Notes under the pieces: generated by a model | Databases searched by the model: none | What the model saw: the letters and a program-made list of their open reading frames with translations, nothing else | Told to the model about the DNA's origin: nothing | Shown: piece by piece, positions 39,243 to 47,970 of the stretch | Numbering within the stretch: position 1 is the first letter of the stretch | How the letters are laid out: each line of letters begins with the position of its first letter | DNA from: an uncultured Chloroflexia bacterium | Lineage (GTDB): Bacteria; Chloroflexota; Limnocylindria; Limnocylindrales; CSP1-4 | Length of the DNA: 64,000 nucleotides | NCBI GenBank assembly: GCA_963806175.1 | Contig: CAWDXA010000011.1 | Coordinates: 199,318-263,317, forward strand | Reading direction: 5' to 3' | Made by a program: the position numbers and the translations under genes

Positions 39243-39404
39243 GGGTGACCTCCGGTCGACGAAGGGGAGTGGACCTCAGGTGCTGCCCATCGTACCAAGC
39301 GAGGCGCTATCCTCGCGGTCACGAGGCGCGGTCCGCGCGCCGAATCAGCGTCGGGTGCCGTTGCAGGACGGCCTCCAACACAGTCACTCGGAGACGCATC
39401 GACC

Positions 39405-40571
39405 GTGACCGTTCCGGCCAGCTCGGCCCGCCCGGCTCGTCCCACCGCGGCGAAGTCCATGCGCCCGGCCGTCCGCCCGAACCGTGGTCGCGTGATCCCT
39501 CCAGTCCTCGTGCGGCAGGTCCGGAACGGCATCGAGGAGAGCGTCCACCGCGGCGACATCGTCGAGGTTGACGCGGCCGGGCGGCTGATCCGCCAGCTGG
39601 GCGACCCGGACCGGGTGGTGACGCTTCGCTCGACGGTCAAGCCGTTCGGGTTGCTGGCCCTGATCGAGGCCGGCGGCGTCGAGGCCTTCGATCTCGAACC
39701 GACGGAGATCGCCATCCTGGCGAGTTCCCACTCGGGCGAGGACCTGCACGTCCGGACGCTGCAGGGCATCTACCGGCGGACCGGCGTCAGCCAGTCCCTG
39801 CTGGCGTGCGGTTCCGAGGGCATGCCGCTCGACGCCCTGACCGCAGCACGCCTCGCCCGCGATGGCGAAAAGGCCGGTCCGGTGCGCCATATGTGCTCGG
39901 GCCAGCACACCGTGTTTCTGCTCCTGAGTCGCCTTCGCGGCTGGGATCCGACCGAGTACTGGAAACCCGGGCATCCATCGCAGATTGCCTACCGGGCCGC
40001 GGTCGCCGCCGCCTTCGACACGCCATCGACGAAGCTGCGCACCGCGATCGACGGGTGCGGCATCGAGACGTTCGCCTTCCCGCTGCACGAGGTCGCCCGC
40101 GCCTTCGCGATGCTTGCCGATCCGGCATCCATTCCCGCGGCCGATTCCCGCGCCGCGCTGGCCCCGTCGCTCACCGTCGTCCGCGACGCGATGCTCGTCA
40201 ACCCCGAGCTGATCGGCGGCCGCCACGATCGACTCGACACCTCCATGATGAAGGCGGCGCCGGCCCGCCTGATCAGCAAGTCGGGCATGGAGGCGCTGCG
40301 CGGCGTGGCCATCCTGCCCGGACCGCGGATCGGGACGCAAAGCACGGCCGCATCCGGGCTCGCCCTCAAGATCGAGGATGGCGACGGCTACGATCGCGGC
40401 ACCTGGGCGGCGTCGGTCGAGGCGCTTCGCCAGGTCGGTGCGCTCGATGGCGGGGCCCTGCGCGACCTGGCGAGGTACCACCGGCCGGCCAGCTTGGATC
40501 CGCACGGCCGCACGGCCGCCGAGGCGGTCCCCGACTTCGAGTTGGTGCCGGTGGGCGAGCTGATCGGCTGA
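39405..40571 (+). CDS. L-asparaginase II (class 3, Rhizobium etli AnsA-like) family protein
   Basis: EESVHRG, RSTVKPF, SHSGE, CSGQH, DGCG, SKSG, ALKIEDG. Confidence 0.85.
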   Translation: MTVPASSARPARPTAAKSMRPAVRPNRGRVIPPVLVRQVRNGIEESVHRGDIVEVDAAGRLIRQLGDPDRVVTLRSTVKPFGLLALIEAGGVEAFDLEPTEIAILASSHSGEDLHVRTLQGIYRRTGVSQSLLACGSEGMPLDALTAARLARDGEKAGPVRHMCSGQHTVFLLLSRLRGWDPTEYWKPGHPSQIAYRAAVAAAFDTPSTKLRTAIDGCGIETFAFPLHEVARAFAMLADPASIPAADSRAALAPSLTVVRDAMLVNPELIGGRHDRLDTSMMKAAPARLISKSGMEALRGVAILPGPRIGTQSTAASGLALKIEDGDGYDRGTWAASVEALRQVGALDGGALRDLARYHRPASLDPHGRTAAEAVPDFELVPVGELIG

Positions 40572-40582
40572 CCGCGGCGGTC

Positions 40583-41842
40583 ATGGCATTCGACAACGAT
40601 CCATATCGAACCCTCGGGCTGGCGCGTGGCGCCACCCTGGACGAGGTCAGGCGGGCGTACCGGCGCCTGGTCAAGGCCAATCACCCGGACGCCGCCGGCA
40701 GCGGGGGATTGGCGCGGTTCCTGGCGATCCAGTCGGCCTATGAGCAGCTCGTCGAGGGATCCGGCGGTCCGGCCCGGCGGCCACGGACGACGACGAGTGG
40801 GCCGCGGCGGCCCTCGAGCGCCGATCCCGACCGGGCCGACGCCACGCGGCGCGCCTACGGCGGCCGGGCACGAGCCAGGCGACCGGCGGACGGGCCTGGG
40901 GGTCCAGGCCCGGCGAGTGGCCCGGCCCGCGGACCTGGCCCGGCGGCCCGCGAGCGGCCCGCGGCGGGCGACCAGGCGGGCGCGACCGGCGCGGCCGGAC
41001 CGGAATCGGGACGACGTCGCGGCAAGGCGACGCTCGGCTCGACCTCCTACGACGACGCGAGCGCCGGGCCGACCGAACCGGACTGGAGCGGCGCCAGCTG
41101 GTACGGGACGACCAGCGGGACGTACTGGACGATCAATCCCAAGGAGTACGCCGACCCGCGCAAGCACGGTCCGGAATACCAGGCGCGGGCGCGCCGGTCG
41201 GGGGCCAGGCCCGAACCCACCGGTGTCGCGGGCGTCGCCGGCACGGACGCCGAGGCTACGGGACCCGCCGACGGCACGGGACCCGCCGACGGCACGGGAC
41301 CCGTCGACGAGCGGCCTCCGGACCCGCGCCACGCCCCGACCGCCGGGGGCCGGGGCGACGAGCCGCCGGCCCGCGAAGCGCAGGCCCTGGATCCTGGACG
41401 GGCCATGGCCACCCTGGCGCGCGCCCTGACCGATCCTCGGGCCGGCGGTCCGCGCGGGAGGGTCGTCCGGGCGTTCGTCGGCTGGCTGCCGATCGCGCTC
41501 GGCGTCGGCTGGGCGCTTGGCGAGATCACCGGCTGCGGCCGCTTCGCGGCGACCTGCGATCCAGTCGCCAGTCCCGTGATCCTGCTGCTCCAGGGTGCGG
41601 CGCTCGTCGGCCTGGTCCTGTCGCCCGTGCTCGCCTCGCTGGCCGCCGCCGCCACCCTCGGGCTGCTCATCGCGGCCGTCGCCGCCGCGCTCATCCTGTC
41701 GGCCACCGGGACGGCGGCGGACGAGGCGTCCAGGCGAGCCACGCTGGACGTGCTGCTCGTGGCCGCCTGGCTGGCCGGCCTCGCGATCGCCATCGCGCAG
41801 CGCGTTCGGGCCGCCTCGTCGAGGACCGGTCCCGTATCCTGA
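40583..41842 (+). CDS. J-domain protein with long low-complexity linker and C-terminal TM helices
   Basis: DPYRTLGL...AYRRLVKANHPD (HPD motif); C-terminal hydrophobic segments. Confidence 0.8.
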   Translation: MAFDNDPYRTLGLARGATLDEVRRAYRRLVKANHPDAAGSGGLARFLAIQSAYEQLVEGSGGPARRPRTTTSGPRRPSSADPDRADATRRAYGGRARARRPADGPGGPGPASGPARGPGPAARERPAAGDQAGATGAAGPESGRRRGKATLGSTSYDDASAGPTEPDWSGASWYGTTSGTYWTINPKEYADPRKHGPEYQARARRSGARPEPTGVAGVAGTDAEATGPADGTGPADGTGPVDERPPDPRHAPTAGGRGDEPPAREAQALDPGRAMATLARALTDPRAGGPRGRVVRAFVGWLPIALGVGWALGEITGCGRFAATCDPVASPVILLLQGAALVGLVLSPVLASLAAAATLGLLIAAVAAALILSATGTAADEASRRATLDVLLVAAWLAGLAIAIAQRVRAASSRTGPVS

Positions 41843-41846
41843 GGGC

Positions 41847-42575
41847 ATGCCCCGAAAGCGCGACCCTCGCGACCTATCGACCGCGGCCCAGGAATACCTG
41901 CTCGCCCTGCGGGTGGCCGCCGGACCGGATGAGTCGGGCCGGGTCAGCGCGGCGCAGATCGCGCGACACCTCGGGGTCACGACCCAGGCCGCCAGCGAGA
42001 TGTTCCGGCGGCTCGTGGCCGACGGGCTCGTCGTCCACGCCGAAGGTCGCGACCTCCACCTGACCCCGCCGGGTCGAGCCGTGGCCGATGCGATCTTCCG
42101 CCGTCACGCGCTGCTCGAGTGGCTGCTCACGGCGATCGTCGGGCTCGGCTGGGCCGAATCGGACGAGGAGGCCATGCGACTGCAGGGCGCCATCTCGCCA
42201 CGGGTGGAGGCTCGCCTCGACGAGATGCTCGGCCATCCCGAGATCTGCCCGCACGGCAACCCCATCGACGCCGAGACAGCGCTACGCCGGCCGGCCGGCA
42301 CCCGCCTCAGCGAGGTCGAGGCCGGCCAGCACGCCACGGTCTACCGGATCACCGAGGAGGCCGAGGAGGACGCGGGCCTGCTGTCATACCTGGAGGCGCG
42401 CGCGCTGATCCCTGGCGCCCACGTCACCATCCTTGCCCGCAGCGAGTCGCTCGACTCGCTCACGCTCGACGGGCCCCGCGGTCGCGCGACCCTCGGGCTG
42501 CGGCCGGCCGCGCTCATCCGGGTCCTGCCCGGGGACGCGGATCCGGCACTCTTCCACGTCGTCCCGGGGCGGTGA
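41847..42575 (+). CDS. DtxR/MntR-family regulator with FeoA/SH3 C-terminal domain and altered metal ligands
   Basis: QEYLLAL, wHTH AQIARHLGVTTQAASEMFRRL, LTPPGR...RRHALLE, CPHGNPI, C-terminal SH3-like domain. Confidence 0.85.
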   Translation: MPRKRDPRDLSTAAQEYLLALRVAAGPDESGRVSAAQIARHLGVTTQAASEMFRRLVADGLVVHAEGRDLHLTPPGRAVADAIFRRHALLEWLLTAIVGLGWAESDEEAMRLQGAISPRVEARLDEMLGHPEICPHGNPIDAETALRRPAGTRLSEVEAGQHATVYRITEEAEEDAGLLSYLEARALIPGAHVTILARSESLDSLTLDGPRGRATLGLRPAALIRVLPGDADPALFHVVPGR

Positions 42576-44093
42576 GCGCCGTCGCCGACCCGATCGAGGC
42601 GACTGGGCCTCCGCGGGTCCGGATCGCGCCGAGCCCGACCGGGCCATTGCATATCGGGACGGCCCGCACGGCGCTGTACAACTTCCTGTACGCCCGGCAC
42701 ACCGGGGGGGCCTTCGTGCTCCGCCTCGAGGACACCGACCAGGCCCGCGGGTCGATTGCGTACGAGAAGGACATCCTCGACGGGCTGCATTGGCTCGGCC
42801 TGCGCTGGGACGAGGGACCGGAGGTCGCCGGCGAAGCCGCCCGCGGGCCGCACGCCCCCTATCGCCAGATGGAACGATTGCCCAACTACGCCGCGGCGGC
42901 CGAACGCCTGCTGGCCGCCGACCTGGCCTACCCGTGCTTCTGCAGTCCCGACGAGCTCGACGTCGACCGCAGGTCCCAGGAGGCCGCCAGGCTTCCGCCC
43001 AGGTATGTCGGGCGCTGCGCGAACCTGACGCCCGACGATCGAGCCGCTCGTGAGGCCGAGGGTCGCCGCGGCGCGCTCCGCTTCCGGGTCGGGACCGGCG
43101 TGGTGGCGTTCGACGACATCGTGCGCGGCCGCGTGGAAATCGACGTGACCAATCTGGGTGGCGACTTCGTCATCGTCCGGGCCGACGGCTCGCCGCTCTA
43201 CAACTTCACCGTGGTCGTCGACGACGCGGACATGCGGATCAGCCACGTCATCCGCGGCGAGGACCACATCTCCAACACCCCGAAGCAGCTGCTGATCTTC
43301 CGCGCCCTCGGCTATCCGGAGCCGCGGTTCGCCCATCTCCCGCTCATCCTCAATCCGGACCGGACCAAGATGAGCAAGCGCAAGAGCCAGACCGCGCTGT
43401 CGGACTACATCGCCCAGGGCTTCATCCGCGAGGCGCTGGTCAACTACCTGGCCCTCCTGGGCTGGGCGACCGGCACCGAGGAGGAGGTTCTGTCGATCGA
43501 CGAGATCGCCGAGCGGTTCGACCTCGCGGCCGTCCACAAGGGCGGCGCGGTCTTCGACCGGGAGCGGCTCGAGTGGCTCAACGGGCAATGGATCCGCCGC
43601 CTCGAACCGGATGACCTGATCGAGCGGTTGCGCCCGTTCGTCGAGGCCGAACAGATCAGCGGCCGGATCGACCGGATCCCGTCCGACGACGAGCTCCGGG
43701 CGTTCCTGCCGGTCGTCCGCGAGCGGCTGCCGACCCTCGGCGCCATCGGCGACCTGGCCGGCTTCCTCTGGGTGGACTCGGTGTCTGTGGATCCGGCGGT
43801 CCTCGTTCCGAAGCGCTGGGATGCGCGCCACGACCCGCGACGGGTTGACCGCCGCGCGCGCCACGATCGCCGCGGTCGGCGAGGTCACCTTCGAGGCCGA
43901 CGAGCTCGAGCCTCCGCTTCGCGATCTGGCGGAGTCTCGCGGCTGGAAGGCCGGCGACCTGTTCATGGCCATCCGCGTCGCAGTCACCGGGCGGACGGCG
44001 ACGCCGCCGTTGTTTGACACGATGGTCGCACTCGGTCGCGATCGAGTGCTGGAGCGCCTGGATCGCGCGCTCGCCGTGCTCGCGGAGTCGTGA
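42572..44093 (+). CDS. gltX: Glutamate--tRNA ligase; split by one extra C near 43826
   Basis: APSPTGPLHIGT, LRLEDTD, RGEDHISNT, KMSKR, FDRERLEWLN; the anticodon domain (FMAIRVAVTGRTATPPLF) is in the shifted frame. GTG overlaps the upstream TGA. Confidence 0.93.
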
Positions 44094-44110
44094 CCCTCGC
44101 GGAGTCGTGA
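44079..44110 (+). repeat. Direct duplication of the gltX 3' end with 17-nt period (CTCGCGGAGTCGTGA x2)
   Basis: Copies at 44079 and 44096. Confidence 0.85.
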
Positions 44111-44203
44111 TCCCCGACGCACCGTCGGAGCGGAGACCATGACAGGATCTGTCCTGGTTCGGGGGGAGGCTTCGAGCAACTCGCTGACAGGGAGGCTCCG
44201 ACC

Positions 44204-44596
44204 ATGACCCACGACGACGTCCAGGCCTGGCTCGACCGCTACACCGAGGCGTGGCGGACCTACGATCCGGCGGCCATCGGCGATTTGTTCTCGGCCGACG
44301 CCGAGTACCGATACCACCCATGGGACCAGCCGGTCCGCGGCCGGGAGTCGATCGTACGCGACTGGATCGCCCCGGACGGCGACGCGAGCAGCCGCGACGA
44401 GCCCGACAGCTGGGCGGCGCACTACGAGCCGTACGCCGTCGAGGGCGATCGCGCCGTCGCCACCGGCTGGAGCCGCTACCTGGCCAGCGCCGACGAGCCG
44501 GAGAAGCTCTACCACAACTGCTACCTGCTCGAGTTCGACGACGAGGGTCGCTGCCGCGGCTTCACCGAGTTCTTCGTCCTCGAGCAAACGGCCTAG
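44204..44596 (+). CDS. SnoaL/NTF2-like protein
   Basis: SD GGGAGG; AWLDRYTEAWR...LFSADAEY...GRCRGFTE; paralog of 22564..22953. Confidence 0.82.
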   Translation: MTHDDVQAWLDRYTEAWRTYDPAAIGDLFSADAEYRYHPWDQPVRGRESIVRDWIAPDGDASSRDEPDSWAAHYEPYAVEGDRAVATGWSRYLASADEPEKLYHNCYLLEFDDEGRCRGFTEFFVLEQTA

Positions 44597-44662
44597 CCTG
44601 CACCGTCCCCTTCGGCTCCGGCAGCCAGAGCCCGACCGGCGGGATCCCGAGCGGCGCACGCC

Positions 44663-44716
44663 CTCGTGCTCGCGCGGCGCTCGTGATCGCGCGGCGCTCG
44701 TGATCGCGCGGCGCTC
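44663..44716. repeat. Tandem repeat, 17-nt unit CTCGTG(A/C)TCGCGCGGCG x3
   Basis: Units at 44663, 44680 and 44697. Confidence 0.9.
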
Positions 44717-44999
44717 CGGGCCTTGGTCTCGGAGCGTTCCGTCCGTCGGTCGCGTCACCTGCGGCCGGGACGGTGCCGACCGATTGGTCGCCAGGAGATC
44801 CGTTCATCCGGGGAAGCGACGATCCGCTCGCCCAGCGGCCAGGATCGGGACGACGGCGCGGTCTCCGGGCCAGCCAACCGCCAGATGGACCGCTCGGCGA
44901 CCGGCGCGAACGCATGGCGAAGCTCGCCGGGGCCGCCGCGCGCGCCCGCCGCGCGCGCTGCCAATCCGGCGTTAACACGCCCGACTATCCTTGTGCCTG

Positions 45000-45696
45000 A
45001 TGGCACGCACGATCCTCGTCGTGGACGACGAGCCGACCCTGCGCGAGACCCTGGTCGACGCGCTCGAGACCGACGGATTCCGGGTCGTCTCCGCCGCGGA
45101 CGGTCGCGAGGCGCTGACCCGGTTCCGGGCCGAGCGACCGGACCTCGTCCTGCTCGACCTCATGCTCCCGGAGCTGTCCGGGATCGAGGTCTGCCGGATC
45201 ATCCGGGCTGAATCCGGCGTGCCGATCGTGATGCTGACCGCCAAGGATTTCGGAGCTCGACAAGGTGGTCGGCCTGGAGCTCGGCGCCGACGACTACGTC
45301 ACCAAGCCGTTCAGTCTGCGCGAGCTGTCGGCGCGGATCCGGGCACTCTTCCGTCGCTCAGAGCAGGCCGTCGCGATCGACGGGCCACCGGCGGTGATCG
45401 ATCTTGGCGCGGTCCAGGCCGATCTCGGCGGTCACCGCCTGTTGCGCGACGGTGAGGTCCTGCCCATCAAGCCGAAGGCCTTCGAGCTGCTCGCCTTCCT
45501 CATCCGGCATCCCGGCCAGGTCTTCACGCGCGACCAGCTCCTCGAGCACGTCTGGGGTTACGACTACGGGGGCGAGACGCGGACCGTGGACGTGCACGTC
45601 CACTGGCTGCGCAGCCGGATCGAGACGGATCCCGGCAACCCGTCGTTCATCCACACGGTGCGCGGCGTCGGTTACGTCTTCCGCCGGCCGTCGTGA
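45000..45696 (+). CDS. OmpR/PhoB-family response regulator (probable PhoB/PhoP); split by one extra T at 45248-50
   Basis: ILVVDDE, LLDLMLP, MLTAK then (shifted) GLELGADDYVTKPF, wHTH RTVDVHVHWLR...TVRGVGY. Confidence 0.9.
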
Positions 45697-45740
45697 TCGT
45701 TGACGGGGCGATAAGCCGCCGTTGATCTTGGTCGTCCATC

Positions 45741-46208
45741 GTGGCGACCATGCCGATGGTCGTTCGTGAGCCCGGGCCCCACCCGACCGTGGTCCGGCGG
45801 TCCGGCCGCGTGGCGACGATCGGTCGCTCCTCCCCGCCCGAAGGTCTCCTCCCCTCGGGCGGCACCTTCGCTCCCGCTCCAGCGCCGGCGCCCCATCGGG
45901 CGCTGGCGTTGGACGCCCTCCGCCTCCGTCGCGGGCTGCGCGATCCGCTCCGCCGGCCCGAGCCCTGGGGCGGCGCCGCCTTCTGCCGCGAGGTGGAGTT
46001 GATCCGGCATCACCTCGCACCGCTGCGAAATCGGCGGAGTCTCACCGCGTCATTCGGGCGTGAGGCGTTCCAGCGCCTCGAGCCAGAGCGTCCAGAGGCG
46101 CTCCCGCTCGGCCCGATCCGCGCCGCCTACGCCATCCGATGGCTCGAGCTCGGCAACGGGACGCGCCTGCCAGCCTGGAGCAGCCTGCTGGCAGGAGACT
46201 GCGCCTGA
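45741..46208 (+). CDS. Hypothetical protein
   Basis: Fills the gap between the response regulator and DUF47 with no competing gene. C-half looks globular (EVELIRHHLAPLRNRRSLTASFGREAF...AAYAIRWLELG). Confidence 0.5.
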   Translation: MATMPMVVREPGPHPTVVRRSGRVATIGRSSPPEGLLPSGGTFAPAPAPAPHRALALDALRLRRGLRDPLRRPEPWGGAAFCREVELIRHHLAPLRNRRSLTASFGREAFQRLEPERPEALPLGPIRAAYAIRWLELGNGTRLPAWSSLLAGDCA

Positions 46209-46225
46209 TCGAGGCCCGCCCGCCG

Positions 46226-46843
46226 TCAGGACGACTTGTGGTTCATCCGCTCGACCACCTCGGCGGCGTCCTCCGCGGCATCGATCGTCTCCTCGAGCAC
46301 GGCGTACAGGTCCCGCCACTTGATCACCTCGAGCGGATCCCAGCGCTCGCGGAAGAGCCGCCCGATCGCCGCCCTCGACAGACCGTCGGCCTCGTGCTCG
46401 AGGTCGTGGACGACCTGCAGGTGCCGGTCGAGGCCCTTCAGCCCGTCGAGCCCGTGGAGGATGGCGACCAGCTCGACCGATTGCTCGGCGATGATCGCGG
46501 TCAGTCGCCGCGCCTCGGCGGTCGGCGTGCTCACGTCGTAGATCACCAGCGTCTCGGCGATGGCCTGGATGCCGTCGAGGACGTCGTCCAGCCGGACGGT
46601 CAGCTCGTGGATGTCCTCGCGATCGAACGGGGTGATGAAGGCGTCCTCGAGGCGGCGATTGATCTCGCGATCGATCTCGTCGCCGTGGTGCTCGAGCGCC
46701 TGGATCTCGGCGACGCGCTCGTCGAGGCGGTCGAAGCGATCGACCATCTCGTGCAGCCGGCCGGCCGCGAATGCCAGGTTCTCGCCGTCTTCGACGAACA
46801 GGTCGAAGAACTTGACGTCCTTGGGGAGCAGTCGAAACGTCAT
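46226..46843 (-). CDS. DUF47 family phosphate-transport regulator (PhoU-like fold)
   Basis: LLPKDVKFFDLF, LEHHGDEI, FITPFDREDI, LEHEAD, KWRDLYAVLEETID; downstream of pit. Confidence 0.9.
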   Translation of the reverse strand: MTFRLLPKDVKFFDLFVEDGENLAFAAGRLHEMVDRFDRLDERVAEIQALEHHGDEIDREINRRLEDAFITPFDREDIHELTVRLDDVLDGIQAIAETLVIYDVSTPTAEARRLTAIIAEQSVELVAILHGLDGLKGLDRHLQVVHDLEHEADGLSRAAIGRLFRERWDPLEVIKWRDLYAVLEETIDAAEDAAEVVERMNHKSS

Positions 46844-46877
46844 CGGGGAGCCTCCGGCAGGGCGATACGGGAAGGGT

Positions 46878-47879
46878 TCATCTGAGACCCACGGCATTCA
46901 GCACGACCCAGGCGAGCGCGGCGACCAGCCCGGCCGCCGGAAGCGTCAGGACCCAGGCGACGAGGATGTCGCGAGCCACGCCCCAGCGGACGCCCCGTGC
47001 ACCGCGGCTCGTCCCGACGCCCATGATCGCGGCCGAGATGACATGGGTGGTCGAGACCGGGATCCCGAAATGGGCGGTCACGAACAGGATCGTGGCCGAG
47101 GTGGTCTCGGCGGCGAACCCGTGGACGGGCTCGAGGTCCACGACACGGCGTCCCATGGTCCGCATGATGCGCCAGCCGCCGATGGCGGTCCCGAGCGAGA
47201 TCGCCGTCGCCGACGCGAGGATCACCCAGGCCGGCACGGTCACGTCGGGGATCACCCCGGCCGTGAACAGGGCCAGGGTGATGATCCCCATCGTCTTCTG
47301 CGCGTCGTTCGAGCCGTGGGAGAAGGCCATGAAGCCGGCCGACAGGACCTGGATGCGCCGGAAGGCGCGGCCGATCGGCCGTCGCCGTGCGCGACGGAAG
47401 ATCCAGTAGATCGACAGCATCAACGCGAACGCGCCGACGAACCCGAGGACCGGGGACGCGATCATGGGAACGAGCACCTTGCCGACGATTCCGTCGACCT
47501 TGTAGGCGCCGGCCCCGGCCGCCACGAGGGTCGCCCCGAGCAGGCCGCCGATCAGCGCATGGCTGCTCGAGCTCGGCAGGCCCAGGAGCCAGGTCAGGAG
47601 GTTCCAGGCGATCGCGCCGAGCAGCGCGGCGATGACCACGGTCTGCGTGGTCGTCGCCTCCTGGACCAGCCCGGAGCCGATCGTCTTGGCCACGGCCGTC
47701 CCGGCGAAGGCCCCGATGAAGTTGAACGCCGCCGCCATGACGATGGCCTGCCGCGGGTGCAGCGCGCGGGTCGCGACGGAGGTCGCGATGGCGTTGGCGG
47801 TGTCGTGGAATCCATTGATGTAGTCGAAGAAGACGGCGAGGACGACGACCGCCACCAACAACATGGTGAGCCCTTGCAT
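46878..47879 (-). CDS. pit: Inorganic phosphate transporter (PiT family)
   Basis: Both PiT signatures: NGFHDTANAIAT and HGSNDAQKTMG; also LPSSSSHALIGG and PVSTTH. Confidence 0.93.
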   Translation of the reverse strand: MQGLTMLLVAVVVLAVFFDYINGFHDTANAIATSVATRALHPRQAIVMAAAFNFIGAFAGTAVAKTIGSGLVQEATTTQTVVIAALLGAIAWNLLTWLLGLPSSSSHALIGGLLGATLVAAGAGAYKVDGIVGKVLVPMIASPVLGFVGAFALMLSIYWIFRRARRRPIGRAFRRIQVLSAGFMAFSHGSNDAQKTMGIITLALFTAGVIPDVTVPAWVILASATAISLGTAIGGWRIMRTMGRRVVDLEPVHGFAAETTSATILFVTAHFGIPVSTTHVISAAIMGVGTSRGARGVRWGVARDILVAWVLTLPAAGLVAALAWVVLNAVGLR

Positions 47880-47970
47880 TCGCCCTCGATGGTAGCGACT
47901 GCGAGGCTGCGCCATGACGCGGCGTGGCCGAGGCGCCGTCCCCGCGGGTCGGCCCGGCTATCCTTCCCGG

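Noticed and set aside
41258-41310. 18-nt triple repeat (TGPADG)
   Set aside because: In-frame low-complexity linker expansion inside the J-domain protein; also true of the AAPSE repeat at ~28846-28875 in the SBP.
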